Positions 55,901 to 64,000 of a stretch of 64,000 nucleotides of DNA are shown here, piece after piece. The stretch is from Harriotta raleighana (lineage: Eukaryota): NCBI GenBank assembly GCA_050575255.1, contig JBNZDD010013650.1, positions 1,020,198 to 1,084,197 on the forward strand. Direction: 5' to 3'. The position numbers and the translations under genes were made by a program. Under the pieces are notes generated by a model, which made no database searches, had not been told where the DNA came from, and saw only the letters and a list, made by a program, of their open reading frames with translations. Every line of letters begins with the position of its first letter. Positions within the stretch are counted from its first letter, which is position 1.

Positions 55901-58275
55901 GTTCCCAGGTTTGAGAGGTTATAGTTAGGTTGATAAACTAGTTACTAGGTATGAGGGATGGATAAGACTACATGGCTAATAACTATTACTTTGGTTTCTA
56001 GGTACGATCATTTCTCTGCACTGTGTGAGCTGCTGCCTGTGGCAATCCCATCACTGGTGATTTGTGCACAGACAGTGCGATACGGTGAGTACCATTCTCG
56101 CTCTCTTACTAACATGTTTGTTAGATGTTTTGAGTCTCTCATACCCATTTGCTTGGACCCTCAGGCTCCTTCAACACTGAGGCCAAAACCTCATCATTGC
56201 AAACTCTGGGATTTAAGGATATTGACCTAGAAAAAGATGTCAGGTTCGTTATTTTCAACTTTGTTATTTACTGATGTGGGAGCGGGAAGGGCGTCACACC
56301 GAGCAACATGAAGACATGAATGTGAGTGTGTCTGGGTGGATAGCATGTTCACATGTCCTCCATCACGTACGCATGTCCACACACACACATGTACAATCAT
56401 GAATGTACATGTGTGTGTGATGGAGGAGAATGTGTGTGGTGGGGGTGAGGCTGTGTGGTGGGCTGAGTGTGTTGTTTGTGGTGTGATCACTTTATTTGGA
56501 ATCAGGTGTGAAATGCTGGGTTACTTGTTGCTAACTTTGCCTTTTCACCCTTGGCAGCGAAGGAACTGGAACATTTGCAGGAGCTGAAATTTACGAAATG
56601 GTTTGTCATATCCATAACAATTTAAAATCTGAAGTAACCAATGTTCTAGAGGACAACAGGTCAGTCGGTCACATTCAAACCACACAAACTTTTTTGCCAA
56701 TTGTTTCTTGTCCCCTCATCTTGTGCTCGCACCAGACAGAAATATTTTCCTGTTGAAATTCGCTTAGAATACCCTGGAATAATATCCCAGCTAAATCATC
56801 ATGGACCTGCCTTCGCCTGGTTTGACTCGTACCTTTCTCACCATCTTCACTTTGTCGCCACCAATGGCTTCTCCTCCAGTCCCCACACTGTCACCTGTGG
56901 CATCTCCCAGGGCTCTGTCCTTGTCCCGCTGCTTTTGAATATCTACATGCTCCTCCTTGGTGACATCATCCGCAGACATGAGGTCAACTTCCACATGTAT
57001 TCGGAGGACACCCAACTCTATATTTCTGCCTGTACCCTCGACTTCAGGACTGCTGTGTCCTAGATGAGAGCTAGCTTTCTAGAGTTGAAAGTCAACAAGA
57101 CTGAGGCCCTCCTGATTGGTTCGTGCCAGGGCCTTCACACATCAGACACTGGCAGCATCAGCCTCCATGTTGCACACTCCTCCACCTCACCAAGCCAGTC
57201 AGGAACCTAGGTGCTTTGTTCCTCAACTGTTTCCTCCCCCACTTCTAAAGCATGACCTGCTTCACCTTTCCTCACCTCTGCTATATTACCCAACTCTGCC
57301 ACTATCTCACCCTTCAGGCCTCGGAAACCCTCATTTATGCCTTCATCATATCCAGGCTCAGATCAGTTTTGGACTGTTTCCATTTACAGATTGAAATTAT
57401 TAATGACTGAGAATCACAAGCTAGACTTGTTCTCAGACATTAATTGCTCTGGTATAAAATCGAAGAGAAATTTAGGCAAACCAACAGTTGCTGAATTGGT
57501 GTAAGGAAACAGTTTTCTTCCTGATGCTTTGAATGTTTTTTTCTCCAGGGATATCAAAGGCTGGTTCACTAACTACCACAGGAAATACCACTTTGCAAAC
57601 CCACGAAACCTGGAGCGATTTGGAAATAAAATATTGAAGTAAGTGGGTGACAATCTGTTCCAGAAATTGAGGGCATTTGCCCCAAAACACACAGTCACTA
57701 GAATAACCACTTTGAGATGACTTCAAAATGTGATAAGGCGCTACATCAAATGCAAGGATTATCATTATTTCCAGCAGTGATGGCCAGCCCTTTTGGTCGG
57801 CCAACCAAATGCATGTTTTTGATTGAATATTTCTTGATTGATGGTAACAACATAAAAAATTGCTGTGGGAAACAAAATATTTGTGTAAAACAGACTAAAT
57901 TAAACTTGGGTGAATAGTCGGTGGGCTGTGGGTTAGCTATCAGTGTTTACAATTTATCATGTGTAGAACTTTGAGGAGCCTGGATGATGTGATAAGGCAT
58001 GAGATGATACCCCATAAGAAGGGTGCTTTATAAAATGCAAGTTTTTGTTATTTATCAAATGTAATTATTTTTATAAACGTTGCCTTTCCAGGGTTCACCA
58101 GCAGTGGGAAGAATACCTGGAAAACCTACGCTTACAAATGGAAAACATTTATTTCCCTGACACAGTGGAGGAGTGGATGGAGGAGAATGTGAACCTGTAT
58201 ATGGATCCACTACGAGCATTTGTGAATGATTACAAGGCGATCATACAGCTCAGAGCCAAGCCCAAGCACAAATAG
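49955..58275 (+). CDS. Hexosaminidase D-like (GH20, HEXDC subfamily) with N-terminal signal-anchor
   Basis: Exons 49955-50043, 50960-51197, 52358-52467, 52625-52712, 52818-52982, 53285-53468, 54981-55052, 55211-55415, 56002-56084, 56166-56242, 56558-56659, 57549-57638, 58092-58275. Motifs VHLDLKGAAPK, MEYEDMFPF, IPLVQTFGHMEFVLKH, catalytic HIGADE, WDDM, ASAFKGA, LTGWQRYDH, VEEWMEENV. AATAAA at ~58353. Confidence 0.9.
50160..50545 (-). mobile_element. L2 LINE fragment
   Basis: Reverse strand encodes RYLGVSFDPQLS, the RT thumb LGV motif; otherwise degenerate. Confidence 0.6.
50633..50935 (+). mobile_element. tRNA-derived SINE
   Basis: gtagctcagtggttagagcac..gggttcgattcc head and the family tail. 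Confidence 0.8.
51200..52325 (+). mobile_element. CR1 LINE, internally deleted and degenerate
   Basis: KVQRRFTKIIPGLRNFSYEERLEKLGL..RRLRGDLIEMFKIM and a (attctatg)n tail. Confidence 0.88.
53712..54540 (+). mobile_element. CR1 LINE 3' fragment (duplicate at 59305-60133)
   Basis: QRRFTRMIPGMRNLSYEDRLEKLGLFPLEQRRLCGDLIEVFKIM; RRNFFTQRVVQIWNDLP; CR1 tail. Confidence 0.9.
54624..54850 (-). mobile_element. CR1 3' fragment inserted into a SINE tail
   Basis: catagaat..ggagaccatttggcccatcgagtctgtgcc (reverse CR1 tail) interrupts the SINE between ..cagtatatt (54620) and ttgtgaaactctttgag (54850). Confidence 0.65.
56790..57365 (+). mobile_element. L2 LINE RT fragment (duplicate at 62383-62958)
   Basis: WFDSYLS..GISQGSVLVPLLLNIYM..FHMYSEDTQLY (degenerate YADD motif). 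Confidence 0.85.
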
Positions 58276-58589
58276 CAGTGAGTGGAGCTCTGAAAGGGTT
58301 AGGGATCTCAGGGAAATAGAATCTCTGGAGTGGCACTGAATAACCATTATCGAATAAACAATTCATGTGTAATTTGGTGATGGGTTGGACATACATTCTC
58401 TCTTGTTTCTGCGTCTATTGTAATTCAATTAAATGCTTAAAACATGGTATCACTGGCCTTACGGCCCATTGACTGAAACTTGTCTAAATTTTACATTCTA
58501 TGCAAACACAGATCCGAATATGGAATTACTGCCTTTGTTACTTGGGCCTGAGTGATTATGAGCAGCAACGTGTCATGTTTACTGTGGGG

Positions 58590-58745
58590 CTGAGGTTTGG
58601 GGCTGGAGGTCATTGGCTGGGGTTTGGGGTCGCAGATCACTGGCTGTGGTTTGGAGATCAGAGAACATTGGCTGGGGTTTGGTATCGGAGGTCACTGGCT
58701 GGGGTCCGAGGTCACTGGCTGGGGTCCGAGGTCACTGGCTGGGGT
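58590..58745. repeat. 20-bp minisatellite (gaggtcactggctggggtcc) running into an N gap
   Basis: About 7 copies, increasingly perfect toward the gap. Confidence 0.85.
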
Positions 58746-58755
58746 NNNNNNNNNN

Positions 58756-61700
58756 CTCCAGCCCAGGACTCACAACTCCGAGTTTGATGCTGTGTGAAGG
58801 CTGTGTTATGTTGTTATATGTGATGTTGTAGTGGATATTTACTGAGCAAAGAGCATCTGTTGTGTTTATGTTGTCAGGTTTATTATCTGGGGGAAGGAGT
58901 GGAGTCAAAGCTGTGGTTGAGCGAGCAGCGAGGGGATGAGGGGAAGCTCTTCCTAGATCACGTTCTGGCTGTCAGCAGCCACCTGACCACTACATACCCA
59001 GGGCTGGAGGTCATCATGTGGGATGACATGATGCGGAAAATCAGCAACGAGATGATCCAGAGTAAGTGGTTTCCAATGGCTGATGCCAGCAGGGGGTGTC
59101 TCACACAGCACAAGCTGTGGATCTGGCCTATTTACCCACCCCCACTGCTCTGGTCACCTTCTTCCCCCATCAGCTTGGTCTCTGAGATGGCTGTGTGAAA
59201 CTTCCCCTGATGGTAAAGGGGTACTCTATTCCAGATGCCTAATAATAATCTCTCGGGAAAAAACCCAATAATAAATGGTCATTTCATTCCATACACAGAA
59301 TGGTGGAATGGGCTGACATGTGGCAGATGGATTTCAATGTGGATAAGTGTGAGGTCATACACTTAGGTAGGAAAAATGATAGGAGGCAATATAGACTTGG
59401 TAGCTGAATCTTACGGTGGTTGAACGTACAGATAGATCTGGGTGTTCAAGGAAGCGAATCATTAAAGGTAGCAGGGTAGGTAGATAAGGCAGTAAAAAAA
59501 AGGCATTTGGTGTACTGAGCTTTATTAGCAGGGGCATAGAGTATAAGAGTAGGGAGGTTATGATTAATCTATAAAAAACACTGGTTAGGCCTCAGCTGGA
59601 GTACTGTGTCCAGTTCTAGGCACCTTACTTCAGAAGGACATTAAGGCACCGGAAAGGGTGCAGAGGAGATTCACGAGAATGATTCCAGGAATGAGAAACC
59701 TTAGCTATGAGGACAGGCTGGAGAAGTTAGGACTTTTCCCATTAGAGCAGAGAAGGTTATGCGGGGACCTGATAGAGGTCTTCAAGATCATGAAAGGTTT
59801 CGACAGGCTAGATAGGGAAAAGCTGTTTCCGCTGGTAGGCTCCCATGGTCAGTCTTAAGATATCTACCAAAAGAAGCAGAGGGGAGGTCAGAAGAAATTT
59901 TTTTACTCAGCGAGTTGTTCAAATTTGGAATGATCTGCCTGAAAGGGTAGTGAGGTCCAATTCGATAGCAGCTTTTAAGAGAGAACTGGTTAGGTATCTG
60001 GGGAAGACTGGTTTGCAGGATTATGGGAAGAAAGCTGGTGATTGGGATTAATAAAAGTGACATTGCTCTGTCAAAGAGTCGGCACAGACTCGCTGGGCCG
60101 AATGGCCTCCTTCTGTGCAGTAACATTCTATGACAGTTTGTGGGACTCTGCTGTGCCAATTGGCTGCTGTGTTTCGCCCCCAAATATACAGTCAATTCAC
60201 TTTACAGTATATTCATAGAATCTTACGGCACAAAAGGAGACCATTTGGCCCATCGAGTCTGTGCCAGCTTTTTGAAAAGAGCAACTGAATCCCATTCCCC
60301 AGCTCTCTCCCCATAACTGCACAAACCCATCCTCCCCAAATAAATGTCTATCTCTCTTTTAAAAGTTGTCAACGAATCGGCCTCCACCAACTTTTCAGGC
60401 AATGCATTCCAGAGTCGAACAACTTGCTGAGTGAAAAAATATTTTGTGAAACTCTTTGAGATGCCTAGAAGATGTGATAAGATGCTGTATCAAATGCAAG
60501 GTTTATTATTATTATGGAAAAGGCACAATGTAAATTGTTGTTAATTAAATTTCTCAATGTTTATTTTCCACAGAGACGGGGATCGCTCAGTATGTGGCTC
60601 CCATGGTCTGGTTTTACGCTGCTCAGTTCAGCACTGATTCCGTTGGTAAGAGAGAGACACACTGAAGCTCCATTATCAATATTTGGTTGATAAGTGTTTA
60701 CAGCTGTCAAAAAGAAATAAGGAAATTATTTGAATAAACTGTAAGGATTATTTTTGTGAACTAATTTTTCGGTTTTACAATAAATCTTCATTCTTCACAT
60801 CAGAGGGGATTCTCAACAAGTTTGTGGAGAGTGGATTCCGCAAAGTCTGGTTTGCCAGCGCCTTCAAAGGGGCCTCGGGGGCAGCTCAGGACAAGACCCC
60901 GATTAACCTACATCTACAGAACCAGATCCAGTGGCTGAAGGTCATTAACTCTCTGCCCAAGTTCCCTTCACTTCGCTTCCAGGGACTTGCATTAACAGGC
61001 TGGCAAAGGTCAGACACGCACGCTGAACGTTTGCTTGCTTCATTAATATTTAAGATGTTTCTGTGTTACGATGCTTTAATTCATCAGTGTTAACCTCTTC
61101 CCCCTCACCTCCACAAGCAGCAGCTTGCTGGTTTGTGCTTCTGCCTTCTTCCACGTGCACATTATCTGCCTCCACCAATACCTCTTCCCAGGCCGCCGAG
61201 AGCCTCACTCCCTCCATTCGGCGGGCACTGGCTTGCTCCATGTTCCCCACTGGGCTTGCCTCATCATCTGTGGTTGGGTCTACAGCTATTTTTCCCACCT
61301 TCTGGAACTTCCCTTCGCCCCTCCCTGACCTTCTTCAAGGCCTATCTTAAGACCTTCCTACCTGCTTGATTCCAATCCCCCAGCACCTCCTGGTGCATTT
61401 CCTTCACTATCCAGTTCCTTGGGACATTCCGATGTGAAAGGCATGATATAAATGCAATCCGTTGTTATATTAGAAAAGGTCTCAATGATTATGGTTCCCA
61501 GGTTTGAGAGGTTATAGTTAGGTTGATAAACTAGTTACTAGGTATGAGGGATGGATAAGACTACATGGCTAATAACTATTACTTTGGTTTCTAGGTACGA
61601 TCATTTCTCTGCACTGTGTGAGCTGCTGCCTGTGGCAATCCCATCACTGGTGATTTGTGCACAGACAGTGCGATACGGTGAGTACCATTCTCGCTCTCTT

Positions 61701-64000
61701 ACTAACATGTTTGTTAGATGTTTTGAGTCTCTCATACCCATTTGCTTGGACCCTCAGGCTCCTTCAACACTGAGGCCAAAACCTCATCATTGCAAACTCT
61801 GGGATTTAAGGATATTGACCTAGAAAAAGATGTCAGGTTCGTTATTTTCAACTTTGTTATTTACTGATGTGGGAGCGGGAAGGGCGTCACACCGAGCAAC
61901 ATGAAGACATGAATGTGAGTGTGTCTGGGTGGATAGCATGTTCACATGTCCTCCATCACGTACGCATGTCCACACACACACATGTACAATCATGAATGTA
62001 CATGTGTGTGTGATGGAGGAGAATGTGTGTGGTGGGGGTGAGGCTGTGTGGTGGGCTGAGTGTGTTGTTTGTGGTGTGATCACTTTATTTGGAATCAGGT
62101 GTGAAATGCTGGGTTACTTGTTGCTAACTTTGCCTTTTCACCCTTGGCAGCGAAGGAACTGGAACATTTGCAGGAGCTGAAATTTACGAAATGGTTTGTC
62201 ATATCCATAACAATTTAAAATCTGAAGTAACCAATGTTCTAGAGGACAACAGGTCAGTCGGTCACATTCAAACCACACAAACTTTTTTGCCAATTGTTTC
62301 TTGTCCCCTCATCTTGTGCTCGCACCAGACAGAAATATTTTCCTGTTGAAATTCGCTTAGAATACCCTGGAATAATATCCCAGCTAAATCATCATGGACC
62401 TGCCTTCGCCTGGTTTGACTCGTACCTTTCTCACCATCTTCACTTTGTCGCCACCAATGGCTTCTCCTCCAGTCCCCACACTGTCACCTGTGGCATCTCC
62501 CAGGGCTCTGTCCTTGTCCCGCTGCTTTTGAATATCTACATGCTCCTCCTTGGTGACATCATCCGCAGACATGAGGTCAACTTCCACATGTATTCGGAGG
62601 ACACCCAACTCTATATTTCTGCCTGTACCCTCGACTTCAGGACTGCTGTGTCCTAGATGAGAGCTAGCTTTCTAGAGTTGAAAGTCAACAAGACTGAGGC
62701 CCTCCTGATTGGTTCGTGCCAGGGCCTTCACACATCAGACACTGGCAGCATCAGCCTCCATGTTGCACACTCCTCCACCTCACCAAGCCAGTCAGGAACC
62801 TAGGTGCTTTGTTCCTCAACTGTTTCCTCCCCCACTTCTAAAGCATGACCTGCTTCACCTTTCCTCACCTCTGCTATATTACCCAACTCTGCCACTATCT
62901 CACCCTTCAGGCCTCGGAAACCCTCATTTATGCCTTCATCATATCCAGGCTCAGATCAGTTTTGGACTGTTTCCATTTACAGATTGAAATTATTAATGAC
63001 TGAGAATCACAAGCTAGACTTGTTCTCAGACATTAATTGCTCTGGTATAAAATCGAAGAGAAATTTAGGCAAACCAACAGTTGCTGAATTGGTGTAAGGA
63101 AACAGTTTTCTTCCTGATGCTTTGAATGTTTTTTTCTCCAGGGATATCAAAGGCTGGTTCACTAACTACCACAGGAAATACCACTTTGCAAACCCACGAA
63201 ACCTGGAGCGATTTGGAAATAAAATATTGAAGTAAGTGGGTGACAATCTGTTCCAGAAATTGAGGGCATTTGCCCCAAAACACACAGTCACTAGAATAAC
63301 CACTTTGAGATGACTTCAAAATGTGATAAGGCGCTACATCAAATGCAAGGATTATCATTATTTCCAGCAGTGATGGCCAGCCCTTTTGGTCGGCCAACCA
63401 AATGCATGTTTTTGATTGAATATTTCTTGATTGATGGTAACAACATAAAAAATTGCTGTGGGAAACAAAATATTTGTGTAAAACAGACTAAATTAAACTT
63501 GGGTGAATAGTCGGTGGGCTGTGGGTTAGCTATCAGTGTTTACAATTTATCATGTGTAGAACTTTGAGGAGCCTGGATGATGTGATAAGGCATGAGATGA
63601 TACCCCATAAGAAGGGTGCTTTATAAAATGCAAGTTTTTGTTATTTATCAAATGTAATTATTTTTATAAACGTTGCCTTTCCAGGGTTCACCAGCAGTGG
63701 GAAGAATACCTGGAAAACCTACGCTTACAAATGGAAAACATTTATTTCCCTGACACAGTGGAGGAGTGGATGGAGGAGAATGTGAACCTGTATATGGATC
63801 CACTACGAGCATTTGTGAATGATTACAAGGCGATCATACAGCTCAGAGCCAAGCCCAAGCACAAATAGCAGTGAGTGGAGCTCTGAAAGGGTTAGGGATC
63901 TCAGGGAAATAGAATCTCTGGAGTGGCACTGAATAACCATTATCGAATAAACAATTCATGTGTAATTTGGTGATGGGTTGGACATACATTCTCTCTTGTT
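58756..64000 (+). other. Second copy of 53163-58407 (3' eight exons of the HEXD-like gene); probable assembly artefact
   Basis: Offset 5593; all ORF translations are identical in both copies; begins immediately after 10 Ns. Confidence 0.85.

Noticed and set aside
58756-63868. Second HEXD-like gene
   Set aside because: Lacks the first five exons including the catalytic HIGADE, appears identical to the first copy and abuts an N gap.

Overview
Gene-dense eukaryotic (vertebrate) draft-assembly DNA. The repeat content (tRNA-head/Deu-type SINEs with L2-like tails, CR1 and L2 LINE fragments, a Penelope-type hammerhead remnant) suggests a cartilaginous fish, probably a chimaera; this is inference. 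Seven spliced genes were reconstructed by hand from GT-AG junctions and protein resemblance: SLC5A11 (-, 5' part), GRID2IP/delphilin (-), E4F1 (-), PGP (+), BRICD5 (+), MLST8 (-) and a hexosaminidase-D-like GH20 gene (+). Three large exact or near-exact duplications flank N gaps and are most likely assembly artefacts. No bacterial-type novel system is present. The best candidates for undescribed biology are: (1) a 131-aa membrane-protein ORF nested antisense in an MLST8 intron; (2) a HEXD-like gene with an N-terminal type II membrane anchor; (3) a dispersed YY1-motif array element, one copy of which lies in the MLST8/HEXD-like bidirectional promoter; (4) a 3-PDZ delphilin with alternative first exons and minisatellites built from splice sites. 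Exon coordinates were counted by eye and may be off by a few nt. Gene names come from remembered protein sequences, not database searches.
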